This document shows positions 1 to 8,497 of a stretch of 64,000 nucleotides of DNA, piece after piece. The stretch spans positions 254,098-318,097 of the forward strand of contig CAWJHN010000004.1 of NCBI GenBank assembly GCA_963842725.1. The letters run 5' to 3'. Both the position numbers and the translations under genes were made by a program. How positions within the stretch are numbered: position 1 is the stretch's first letter; every line of letters begins with the position of its first letter. The notes beneath the pieces are model-generated. The model searched no databases and was not told where the DNA came from. It worked only from the letters and a program-made list of their open reading frames with translations. This DNA comes from an uncultured Actinomycetes bacterium. GTDB lineage: Bacteria > Actinomycetota > Actinomycetes > S36-B12.

Positions 1-239
1 GCGAGGTAGCGCGGGCGTGACTGGGCGAGTGAGGCGTCCAGCACGTCCGCGGCGAGGTCGAGGTTCGCGATGACATCGCCCGGCAGGTCGGGCAGCGGCT
101 CACGGAGCATGGCGAGCAGGCTCTCCGACGGAACCGTCTCGACGTCGCGGGCGGCGTCGAAGCCCTGCCAGGCACGGGCCACCAGCGCGGCGGCATGCTC
201 CAGGGCTGGTGCGCGCTGGTCGCCGAGGGTGAGCCTCAT
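1..239 (-). CDS. PLP-dependent (group II) amino-acid decarboxylase, N-terminal part; runs off the window
   Basis: Not in the ORF track. ATG at 239 overlaps the reductase stop (ATGA). Reads MRLTLGDQRAPALEHAAALVARAWQGFDAAR...LREPLPDLPGD...VLDASLAQSRPRYLA; the PLP..P and PRY(L/F)A pattern resembles the group II decarboxylase N-terminus. The catalytic Lys is outside the window. Confidence 0.6.
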   Translation of the reverse strand, partial: MRLTLGDQRAPALEHAAALVARAWQGFDAARDVETVPSESLLAMLREPLPDLPGDVIANLDLAADVLDASLAQSRPRYL

Positions 240-1414
240 GCTCGTGACATTAGCTGCTTGCGGTAGGGAGCGAGGTCCGCGGTCCGATCGACGCCCACGA
301 CGCCGACGAGGCCCGAGTCGTCCGTGTACTCGACGATGCAAGGTCCGTCGATGTCGCCGTCGGCGAGACGGACCCGGTCGGCGATTCCCGGCATGCCGAA
401 CGACTGCAGCTTGTGGTGGTACTGGTCGGACCAGAAGGAGGGCATCGCCGAGAACGGAGAGCGGTCGGGCTCGCGTCCGTCGAGGATCGCGGCGAGCGTG
501 CGACCGGCTCGACGCCCCGTCTCGGTGGGCATGTTCCAGTGCTCGATTCGGCGCGGCGGACCGCCGAAGATCGCGTTCGGATGACGGGCGATGTCGCCGA
601 CGGCCACGACGGGTGCCATCGGCGTGGCCACCTGCATGGCGTCATCAACGAGGAGCCCGTCCGAGAGGTCGAGGTCATTGCCCTCGAGCCACTCGGTGTT
701 GGTCACGGACCCCACCGCCTCGATGACGATCGAGGCCGGCAGCTCGGTTCCGTCGCTGAGCGCCACGGCCTGCACGCGCTCGCCGCCCTCGAAGCGATCG
801 ATCGTGTGGCCGAGATGGAAGTGGACGCCGTGCCGCTCATGACGCCGCCGCATCGCGGCGCCGAGCTCGCGGCCGAGCGGCCGGATCATCGGCTCCTCGT
901 CGATGGCCACGATCGCGACACTGCTGCCGAGCATGCGAGCCGTCGCGGCGACCTCGCACCCGATGAACCCGGCGCCCATGATGATCACGTGCGAGCCGGG
1001 GGTCAGGCTCGCCCGCACGGCGTGCGCGTCGGTCGCCGTGCGCAGGACGTGGCGGCCGACCTCGGGTCCGGGGATGGGGAGGCGCCGCGGCCGGATGCCC
1101 GACGCGACCACGAGTCCGTCGAAGGGCAGGACGTGACCATCGGCCAGCGTGACGGTGCGTGCCGCGAGATCGCAGGAGCGGGCGGGCGACCCCAGGCGCC
1201 AGGTGACGTCCTCGACGGTCGCCTTGCGCCGGAACTCCAGTTCGGGCACGTCGATGCCGCCGGACAGCGCCTCCTTCGACAGGGGCGGTCGGTTGTACGG
1301 CAGGTGCTCCTCGTCGCCGACGACCGTGATCGGACCCGGGTACCCGGACGCCCGAAGGGACTCCGCGGTCCGCAGTCCGCCGAGTCCCGCACCGACGATG
1401 ACGACGCCGCTCAT
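236..1414 (-). CDS. NAD(P)H-dependent ferredoxin reductase (FAD, putidaredoxin-reductase-like)
   Basis: GAGLGG and GAGFIG dinucleotide motifs, PYNRPPLSK, FWSDQY; adjacent to a ferredoxin. Confidence 0.92.
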   Translation of the reverse strand: MSGVVIVGAGLGGLRTAESLRASGYPGPITVVGDEEHLPYNRPPLSKEALSGGIDVPELEFRRKATVEDVTWRLGSPARSCDLAARTVTLADGHVLPFDGLVVASGIRPRRLPIPGPEVGRHVLRTATDAHAVRASLTPGSHVIIMGAGFIGCEVAATARMLGSSVAIVAIDEEPMIRPLGRELGAAMRRRHERHGVHFHLGHTIDRFEGGERVQAVALSDGTELPASIVIEAVGSVTNTEWLEGNDLDLSDGLLVDDAMQVATPMAPVVAVGDIARHPNAIFGGPPRRIEHWNMPTETGRRAGRTLAAILDGREPDRSPFSAMPSFWSDQYHHKLQSFGMPGIADRVRLADGDIDGPCIVEYTDDSGLVGVVGVDRTADLAPYRKQLMSRA

Positions 1415-1423
1415 GCCGGGCTC

Positions 1424-1612
1424 CTACTCGACCGTGATGGCCTGCATCGGGCACACGTCGGCTGCGCTCTCGATGTCGGCGCGGCGACTCTCGTCGGCCT
1501 CGGCCACGTACTCGAGCTTGCCGTCGTCGTCCAGCCGGAAGATGTCGTCGGCCTCGAAGCAGCACTGGCCGTAGTGCTGGCACTTCTCCATGTCGACGTG
1601 GACCTTGACCAT
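1424..1612 (-). CDS. 3Fe-4S-type ferredoxin (P450 partner), 62 aa
   Basis: MVKVHVDMEKCQHYGQCC...DVCPMQAITVE; CxxYxxC...CP motif; start chosen at ATG 1612. Confidence 0.92.
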   Translation of the reverse strand: MVKVHVDMEKCQHYGQCCFEADDIFRLDDDGKLEYVAEADESRRADIESAADVCPMQAITVE

Positions 1613-1614
1613 GC

Positions 1615-2490
1615 CTACTTCTCCTCGATCGTTGATGGGTACAGATCCTTGGATGGGGTCCGGATGCCGCGGAACTCCCAGTCGCCGCCCTGGGCGGTGG
1701 AGATGACCTCCTCGCTCTCCGTCGGCTGGGCGCCGACGTCGGAGCGGATGGGGGTCGGGCCCTCCACGATCGTGTTCGACAGCGTGCCGAGGCCCTCGAC
1801 CTGGACCTCCACGACGTCGCCGGGGTAGACGGTGCGCGAGTTGGCCGGAGTGCCGGAGAACAGCAGGTCTCCCGGCACCAGCGTGATCGTCCGGGCGATG
1901 TCGGCGACGAGGTAGTGCATGTCCCACTCCATCTCGTCCGTGGTGCCGTCCTGCTTCACGACGCCGTTGACGAGCGTGCGGATCTGCTTGCCGCGGAAGT
2001 CCCAGTCGGTGACGAGGCCCGGACCGACCGGCGCGAGGGTGTCGGCGCCCTTGACGCGGAGCATCGACCCCGCGTCGGTGTCGCGGAAGTCGTGCAGTCC
2101 GTAGTCGTTGCCGACGGAGTAGCCGGCGATGTGGTCGGCCGCCTCGTCCGGTGAGATGTTCCGGCAGGTGCGACCGATGACGATGACGATCTCGCCCTCG
2201 TAGTTGAGCCACTTGCAGCGCTGGGGTCGCACGACGGCGCCCTTGTGCGAGTTGAGCGCGGTGATGGGCTTGTGGAAGTACGTGGGCGCAGCGGGCAGCC
2301 TCGTCATGAATTCCTGCGTGCGGGAGTCGTAGTTCAGGTGCACCGCGATGATCTTCGTCGGCTCCGAGGGGGCGAGGTGGATCGCCTCGTCGACACCGAC
2401 GATGCGCCCGTCGGGTGCGACGAGTTCGTCGCCGTGCCGCTGGGTGAGGACGGGGGCACCCTCGAGGAGGATGCGACGGTACTCGGTCAT
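1615..2490 (-). CDS. Fumarylacetoacetate-hydrolase-family isomerase/decarboxylase (HpaG-like)
   Basis: KIIAVHLNY, YEGEI, GYSVGND, KGADT, PGDLLFSGTP motifs; ATG 2490 overlaps the upstream stop. Confidence 0.9.
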   Translation of the reverse strand: MTEYRRILLEGAPVLTQRHGDELVAPDGRIVGVDEAIHLAPSEPTKIIAVHLNYDSRTQEFMTRLPAAPTYFHKPITALNSHKGAVVRPQRCKWLNYEGEIVIVIGRTCRNISPDEAADHIAGYSVGNDYGLHDFRDTDAGSMLRVKGADTLAPVGPGLVTDWDFRGKQIRTLVNGVVKQDGTTDEMEWDMHYLVADIARTITLVPGDLLFSGTPANSRTVYPGDVVEVQVEGLGTLSNTIVEGPTPIRSDVGAQPTESEEVISTAQGGDWEFRGIRTPSKDLYPSTIEEK

Positions 2491-3383
2491 GCGCGCGGCT
2501 CCTTGCGTGTCCAGCCGGTCTCGGGTCGGTCGAACCATACGTGGACCTGGCTGGTGCCGATCGAGTTCTCGTAGTCCCCGAACTGGACGCCGGGCGCTGC
2601 GAACTCCGACTCGCCGAGGGCCGCTGCCATCATCAGGTAGTGCGCGAACCTGCCCTCCGGGCGCACGGTCAGGAAGTCGTCCATCGTGTCGAGGACGCGA
2701 TCGTGGCGACCCTCCGCGAACCACGCCAGGCGCTCCATGTCCATGTCGCGGGCGCGCTGGCTGAAGATGTGCGAGGGGTCGCTCGCCTCGTGACTGCGTA
2801 GCTCGCGAAGGGGATAGAACGTGTGCGACAGCGAGCCGGTGGCGATGATGATCACCTTCCGGTCGATGTCGCGGATCGCGGACCCGATCGCACGTCCGAC
2901 GCGCAGGAAGTCCTCCGAGTCCCCGGTCTGGCAGACGCTCATGGAGATCCACTGCTTGTCGAGCCCCTTGCCCAGGTAGCTCCACAGGTTGATCGAGGGG
3001 TAGTAGAGCGGCAGGTACGGATCATCGAGGGCGGTGATCCAGGTGCCGTTGTCCTCCGCCCGCGCGGCGATCGCCTCGGCCAGCCCGGGATCGCCCCGCC
3101 ACTCGTAGGGGATCCGGCACATTCCCCTGGGCAGTTCCTCCGCCGTGAACAGGCCCGCGCGCAGGTGGTGCGAGGTGACCACGAACTCGACGGTCGTGAA
3201 CCAGTGCGAGTCCAGGACGATGACCGTGTCGTAGTCGAGGGTCTCGAACTTCTCGGCCCTGATCCGCCTCAGCGCCGGGACCAGCGAGATCTCCCTGCCC
3301 TCGTTCAGTTCCAGCCGGGTCTCCAGCGGGAGCATGATCGTCGGCACGTGCGATAGGAGGCCCGCTCCTACGACTTCGCCCAT
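2487..3383 (-). CDS. LigB-family extradiol dioxygenase (homoprotocatechuate 2,3-dioxygenase-like)
   Basis: SHVPTI, DSHW and GSLSH metal-ligand motifs; C-terminal GTSQVHVWF; flanked by hpaE-like and hpaG-like genes. Confidence 0.88.
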   Translation of the reverse strand: MGEVVGAGLLSHVPTIMLPLETRLELNEGREISLVPALRRIRAEKFETLDYDTVIVLDSHWFTTVEFVVTSHHLRAGLFTAEELPRGMCRIPYEWRGDPGLAEAIAARAEDNGTWITALDDPYLPLYYPSINLWSYLGKGLDKQWISMSVCQTGDSEDFLRVGRAIGSAIRDIDRKVIIIATGSLSHTFYPLRELRSHEASDPSHIFSQRARDMDMERLAWFAEGRHDRVLDTMDDFLTVRPEGRFAHYLMMAAALGESEFAAPGVQFGDYENSIGTSQVHVWFDRPETGWTRKEPRA

Positions 3384-3387
3384 GGCA

Positions 3388-4854
3388 CTACTCCTTCGTC
3401 CAGCCGTTCGGTGCGTACACGGTGTTCTTGACGTCGGCATAGAAGTCGAAGGACCACACGCCGCCCTCCCGCCCGATCCCGGACCTCTTGGAGCCGCCGA
3501 ACGGGGCCGACAGGTCGCGCACGAAGAAGCAGTTGACCCAGATGGTGCCGGCGACAAGGTGCTTGGTGAAGGCCTCGGCGCGCTCCCGACTGCCGGTGAC
3601 GACACAGGCCGCCAGTCCGAAGTCGGTCCCGTTGGCCAGGGCCAGGCCCTCATCGTCGGTGCCGAAGGTCTGCATGGTCAGCACGGGTCCGAAGACCTCC
3701 TGCGTCAGGATCTCGCTGCCCGGCCTGGCGTCCCGGATCAGCGTGGGCGTGAAGTAGTGCGTGCCGAGTGCGGCATTGCGCTCGCCGCCGTACACGATGG
3801 TCGCCCCCTCGGCCCGGGCGCGCTCGATGAAGCCCTCCACCCGCTCGACGTGACGCAGGTGGATGCTCGGCCCGATCTGGGTCTCCTCCTCGCGCGGATC
3901 CCCCTGCCGGATGCGTGCCGCTCGCTCGACGAACCGGGCTGAGAACTCCTCGGCTATGCCGTCCTGGACCAGTAGTCGCGTCCCGGCCAGGCACACCTGG
4001 CCGGCGTTGTCGTACTGCTCGATGGCCAGGTCGACCGCGAGATCGAGGTCGGCGTCGTCGAGGATCACGGTCGGGCTCTTGCCGCCGAGCTCGAAGGAGC
4101 AGGGGATCAGGTTGTCGGCCGCCGCATGGGCGATGACCTTGGCGGTCGGCACCGACCCGGTGAAGCAGATCCGCGACACGTCGGCGTTCGCGGTGAGGGC
4201 GGCGCCGGCCTCGGTGCCGAATCCCTGGACCACGTTGAAGACGCCGGCCGGCAACCCGGCCTCGTGTGCGAGGTCCGCGAAGTACGACGCCGTCAGCGGA
4301 GCCCACTCCGGCGGCTTCAGCACCACCGTGTCCCCCGAGGCCAGGGCCGGGCCGATCCGCCAGGTCGCCAGCATCAAGGGGGCGTTCCAGGGGGTGATGA
4401 TGACGGCGACCCCGGACGGATCCCAGGACACGTGGTTGGTGTGCCCACGCGTCTCGAAGTCGGGATGGGACAGGCGGTTAGCCGCGTAGTCGGCGAAAAA
4501 GCGGATGTTCATGGCCACTCGGGGCATGACACCGCGCCGGTGCGAGCGAAGCAGCGAGCCGTTGTCGGCGGTCTCGAGCTGCGAGAGCGCCTCGAGGCTG
4601 CCCTCGACGGCGTCGGCAACGCGGTAGAGGATCTCGGCCCGGTCGGTCGCGCTCATCGCGGCCCACGCAGGGAAGGCGGCCCGCGCTGCCGCGACCGCGG
4701 CGTCCGCCTCCGCCTGGCCGCCGCGATGGACCTGGGCGATCTCGGCGCCGTCGATCGGACTGATGCTGGCGAAGGTCGTCGGGGACGAGACTCGCTCGCC
4801 GCCGATCCAGTGCCGGGTGTCCACGGGGACACCGGCGACCTCGACGATCGACAT
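3388..4854 (-). CDS. Aldehyde dehydrogenase (hydroxymuconate-semialdehyde dehydrogenase, HpaE-like)
   Basis: ITPWNAPLML, FTGS, ELGGKSP, AGQVCLAG, EVFGPV, VNCFFVRDLSAPFGGSKRSGIGREGG. Confidence 0.9.
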   Translation of the reverse strand: MSIVEVAGVPVDTRHWIGGERVSSPTTFASISPIDGAEIAQVHRGGQAEADAAVAAARAAFPAWAAMSATDRAEILYRVADAVEGSLEALSQLETADNGSLLRSHRRGVMPRVAMNIRFFADYAANRLSHPDFETRGHTNHVSWDPSGVAVIITPWNAPLMLATWRIGPALASGDTVVLKPPEWAPLTASYFADLAHEAGLPAGVFNVVQGFGTEAGAALTANADVSRICFTGSVPTAKVIAHAAADNLIPCSFELGGKSPTVILDDADLDLAVDLAIEQYDNAGQVCLAGTRLLVQDGIAEEFSARFVERAARIRQGDPREEETQIGPSIHLRHVERVEGFIERARAEGATIVYGGERNAALGTHYFTPTLIRDARPGSEILTQEVFGPVLTMQTFGTDDEGLALANGTDFGLAACVVTGSRERAEAFTKHLVAGTIWVNCFFVRDLSAPFGGSKRSGIGREGGVWSFDFYADVKNTVYAPNGWTKE

Positions 4855-4951
4855 GCGATCCCTTCCCGTCCGGTATACGTCGGCGGCACAATGGGCGAGG
4901 TGCTGCCCACTGTGCCGTGTGGTGTGCGGATTGCGAACCAGAGCCTGCAGT

Positions 4952-4969
4952 TCGTTCGGACCCTAATAG
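4952..4969. promoter_or_regulatory. Palindromic operator copy (TCGTTCGGACCCTAATAG)
   Basis: Matches consensus TCGTTnGGnnCCnAACGA with 3 mismatches; lies between the divergent dehydrogenase and amidotransferase genes. Confidence 0.55.
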
Positions 4970-5018
4970 ATAATGTGCGCCACGTCGACCCCCGCGTCGA
5001 ACCGATTCAGGAGGAGAA

Positions 5019-5714
5019 GTGCCCCGACCCCGTATCGCCGTCCTCGGCCGGTTCACCGAATCGGCCAGCGCGCTCCGGTACCGGGGGCTCGTCTCGTCGC
5101 GCGCCCTGCTCGAGGTCGTGTGGGCCGCCGGCGGCGACCCGGTCACGCTGCTCCCCGGGGCGGATCCGGATGCGCTGGACTGGTCGACCCGCCTGTCCGG
5201 GTTCGGCGGCGTGCTGATGGCAGGAGGCGGCGACGTGGATCCGGCGCGCTACGGCGGCGACCCTGACCACGACACGGTCTATGACGTGGATGCCGTCCAG
5301 GACGAGGCGGACTTCTCCCTGGCTCGCCACTGCCTCGAGCACGCGGTCCCGACCCTTGCCGTCTGCCGAGGGCTGCACGTCGTGAACGTGGTCCGAGGCG
5401 GGACCCTCGTGATCGACATGCCCGAGAACCACCGGCACCTGGTTCAGCAGGTGCCGCTCGACCGGGGTGCCGAGCCCCTCGGCATCGGATTGGAGCCGAT
5501 CGAGATCTCCTGCTACCACCATCAGGCCGTCGACCGGGTCGGAGCGGGCCTGACCGTGGTGGCCCGGGCCGAGGACGGGACGGTCGAGGCGGTCGTCGTG
5601 GACGCGCCCGCCTGGACGGTCGGCGTCCAATGGCACCCGGAGGACACCTACGCCGTCGACCCCCGGCAGGTCGACCTGGTGCGGACGCTCGTCGCGCAGG
5701 CCGCTCGCGCCTGA
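5019..5714 (+). CDS. Gamma-glutamyl-gamma-aminobutyrate hydrolase family (PuuD-like, class I GATase)
   Basis: GGGDVDPARY, AVCRG nucleophile elbow, YHHQAV, QWHPE; RBS AGGAGGAG upstream of the GTG. Confidence 0.9.
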   Translation: MPRPRIAVLGRFTESASALRYRGLVSSRALLEVVWAAGGDPVTLLPGADPDALDWSTRLSGFGGVLMAGGGDVDPARYGGDPDHDTVYDVDAVQDEADFSLARHCLEHAVPTLAVCRGLHVVNVVRGGTLVIDMPENHRHLVQQVPLDRGAEPLGIGLEPIEISCYHHQAVDRVGAGLTVVARAEDGTVEAVVVDAPAWTVGVQWHPEDTYAVDPRQVDLVRTLVAQAARA

Positions 5715-5739
5715 CCGGCCATGACGCGCGCGCCATTCG

Positions 5740-6240
5740 TCAGCGGCGCTCGGAGGCCGTGATGCACATGAGCCGGAGGGCCTCGGCCACGGTGGCCCGG
5801 TCCGCCTTGGGGATGCCCGACACGGCGACCTGCTCCTGCGCGTTGAACTTCGGGAAGAGCCTCTTCATGAGTCTTCGGCCCGCGGGGGTGAGGCTGACCA
5901 GCACCAGTCGGCCGTCGTCCGGGCTGCGCTCGCGGATGAGCAGGTCGCGACCCTCGAGCGTCTTGAGCACGCCGGAGAGCGTTGCCTTCGAGAAGCCACC
6001 CTCCTCCGCGATCACGCGCGTCTCGGCCTGCTCCCATATCCAGGTGACCCACAGGACGACGAACGCGGTCCAGGTGAGGTCGTGCGGCTGCAGGACGGTT
6101 CCCTCGAGGTGGTTGCGCACGGCGTTGGCTGCGCGGAAGAGATTCGAGGCGACCGCCATCGCCTCGAAGTCCAGGTCCATGCCCGAAAGCCGGCTCTCCA
6201 CAGCGCGCTCGGTCTCCGCGAGGGTGTACGGGCCGGCCAT
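5740..6240 (-). CDS. MarR-family transcriptional regulator
   Basis: KATLSGVLKTLEGRDLLIRERSPDDGRLVLVSLTPAG wHTH signature; AAGGAG RBS before ATG 6240. Confidence 0.9.
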   Translation of the reverse strand: MAGPYTLAETERAVESRLSGMDLDFEAMAVASNLFRAANAVRNHLEGTVLQPHDLTWTAFVVLWVTWIWEQAETRVIAEEGGFSKATLSGVLKTLEGRDLLIRERSPDDGRLVLVSLTPAGRRLMKRLFPKFNAQEQVAVSGIPKADRATVAEALRLMCITASERR

Positions 6241-6330
6241 GAGGCTCCTTCGGTGAGGGTGTGCGGACAACCTACGCGAAAGTTCGTCAAAGGTGTTCAA
6301 ATCGCCGACGGGGCATTACAGTCTGCCGGA

Positions 6331-6348
6331 TAGTTCGGGCCCGAATGG
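6331..6348. promoter_or_regulatory. Palindromic operator copy (TAGTTCGGGCCCGAATGG)
   Basis: Consensus match, 8 nt downstream of a TACAGT -10-like hexamer (6317-6322) upstream of the P450. Confidence 0.6.
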
Positions 6349-6382
6349 TTGCGCGGCCCCATCGGACGACCCCGGAGGTTCC

Positions 6383-7628
6383 ATGACCACGACGACCGAC
6401 GTCACTCTCGCCGATCTCGGACCTGTTCGCCAACGGGGCACCCTGGGCGACGTTCGAGGACCTGAGAGCGAACTCCCCGGTCCACTGGAACACCGAGCCC
6501 GAGCCGAATGCGGGCTTCTGGTCCGTGACCCGCTACCACGACATCGTCGAGGTGCTGCGCAACACCACCACGTACTCGAGCCAGATCGGCGCGGTGAGCC
6601 TCGAGGAGCTGGACACGCGCCAGATGGAGATCCGCCGCTCCATGCTGGAGACGGACGGGACCCGCCACCGCGCGCTGCGCAAGATGCTCCAGCCCGAGTT
6701 CACGCCGCGGGCCATCGCCGGCTACGAGACCTTCCTGCGCGGGCTGTCTGCGTCCACTCTCGACGCGGCCCTCGTCAAGGACGAGTTCGACTTCGTGGCG
6801 GACGTGGCCGCCGACTTCCCGATCCGCGTCTTGGCCCGGATGCTGGACGTGCCCGAGTCGGACATCCCGCAGCTGATCAAGTGGGGCAACCGGATGGTCG
6901 GCAACACCGACCCCGAGCACGCCGACGTGCTGGCCGACAGCCCCGAGAGCGAGGCCTTCCGCGACCTGCCGTTCCGGTCGCCGGCCGCGCTGGAGGTCTT
7001 CAAGTACGGCTACGAGCTCGCCTGGAACCGGCGCGGCGGTGACGGCAAGGACCTCGTCTCCATCGTCCTCAACACGCCCCCGTCGGACGGTATCCCGATC
7101 GACGCCCGTGACTTCCGCAACTACTTCCTGCTCCTCGTCATCGCGGGGAACGAGACGACGCGGCACACGATCACGCACACGATGAACAACCTCATGAAGA
7201 ACCCGCAGGCCATCGACCTGCTGCGTGAGAAGCCGGAACTCATCCCCTGGGCCGTCGAGGAGTTCCTGCGGTACGCCAGTCCGATCTACCACTTCCGACG
7301 CACGGCGACCCACGACGTGATGCTCAACAACAAGGAGATCAAGGCGGGCGACAAGGTCGTCGTCTGGTTCGGGTCGGGAAACATGGACACCGACGTCTTC
7401 GATGACCCCTACGCCTTCGACGTGACGCGCAAGCCGAACGAGCACATGACGTTCGGGCGCGGCGGACCGCACATGTGCCTGGGCAACGCCCTGGCCCGCC
7501 TGGAGATCCAGATCATGTTCGAGGAGCTCCTGGCGCGCGACGTCAATCTCGCGCCCAACGGCACGCCCGAGTTCCTGCGCTCGAACCTGGTGCACGGCTT
7601 CAAGCGGCTGCCCGTCAAGAAGGCCTGA
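6383..7628 (+). CDS. Cytochrome P450; apparent +1 frameshift near 6416-6420
   Basis: GGAGG RBS plus ATG 6383 gives MTTTTDVTLADL, then DLFANGAPWATFEDLRANSPVHW...GFWSVTRY continues in the +1 frame; AGNETT I-helix, EEFLR, FGRGGPHMCLG heme-Cys motif. Confidence 0.93.
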
Positions 7629-7656
7629 ACGCGGAGCCATCGCCCCGCGGCGTGAG

Positions 7657-8370
7657 TCAGGCGACGATGGGGAAGGCGATGCGGTCCAGGAAGGCGTCGA
7701 CGAGGGCGTGCGCCCGGCGGCCCGCGTCCTCCCCCTCTGCGAGCGTGTGCTGGTAGAGGATGTCGGGGTCCTGCCCGTCGGCGACGACCAGGTCGCGTCC
7801 GTCGAGCTCGAGCCAGCCCTGCAGCGTGGCTGCCGTGACCTCGGGATGGAACTGCACCGCGAGGTTGCGACGCAGCACGAAGGCCTGCGACGCCCGCGAG
7901 TTGCGCGCGATCTCGCGCGCCTCGGGCGGGACCTCCCAGCGGTCGTAGTGGAAGTGGAACCACGGTCCGCGACCGACGATGTCAGGGGCCTGCGACCAGA
8001 TCGCGGTCCAGCCGATCTCCGGACGCGGTGCGCGCGCGACCGACCCGCCGTGGGCCCGTGCGAGCAGCTGCCCGCCGAAGCAGATCCCGAGCACCGGCAC
8101 GCCGAACTCGTCGGCTCGCCGCAGCCACTCGATCTCGGGCAGCAGCCAGGTGCCGATCTTCTGGTCGTCCCATGCCCCCCACGGCGCGCCCATGGGGACG
8201 ATCACGTCGAACTCGCGCGGATCCGGGAAGTCGAAGGGCTGGTTGGGCTGTCGGAAGTTCTCGGGCGCCACGACGATCCGCTCGACGACCTCGAATCCGC
8301 GATGCGCGAAGCGCTCGGCCACCGGCCCGGGCGGACTCACGTGATCGTGCTGGAGGAACAGTGCCCGCAC
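7657..8370 (-). CDS. Type 1 glutamine amidotransferase (GMP-synthase-like, stand-alone)
   Basis: PVLGICFGGQ nucleophile, PEIGW, AVQFHPE. Confidence 0.88.
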   Translation of the reverse strand: MRALFLQHDHVSPPGPVAERFAHRGFEVVERIVVAPENFRQPNQPFDFPDPREFDVIVPMGAPWGAWDDQKIGTWLLPEIEWLRRADEFGVPVLGICFGGQLLARAHGGSVARAPRPEIGWTAIWSQAPDIVGRGPWFHFHYDRWEVPPEAREIARNSRASQAFVLRRNLAVQFHPEVTAATLQGWLELDGRDLVVADGQDPDILYQHTLAEGEDAGRRAHALVDAFLDRIAFPIVA

Positions 8371-8430
8371 AGCGATTCCCTTCCGTCAAGGGGGCGACAG
8401 ATTGTCGGTTTGCGTCTACTATCCGCTAGA

Positions 8431-8448
8431 TCGTTGGGAGCCTAACGA
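8431..8448. promoter_or_regulatory. Palindromic operator, best copy (TCGTTGGGAGCCTAACGA)
   Basis: Full consensus match, 8 nt downstream of a TACTAT -10 hexamer (8417-8422) upstream of the GS-like gene. Confidence 0.7.
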
Positions 8449-8497
8449 CCCAGCCACGCGAACCTAGCCGTTTGACGCCCACAGCGAAAGGCCATCC

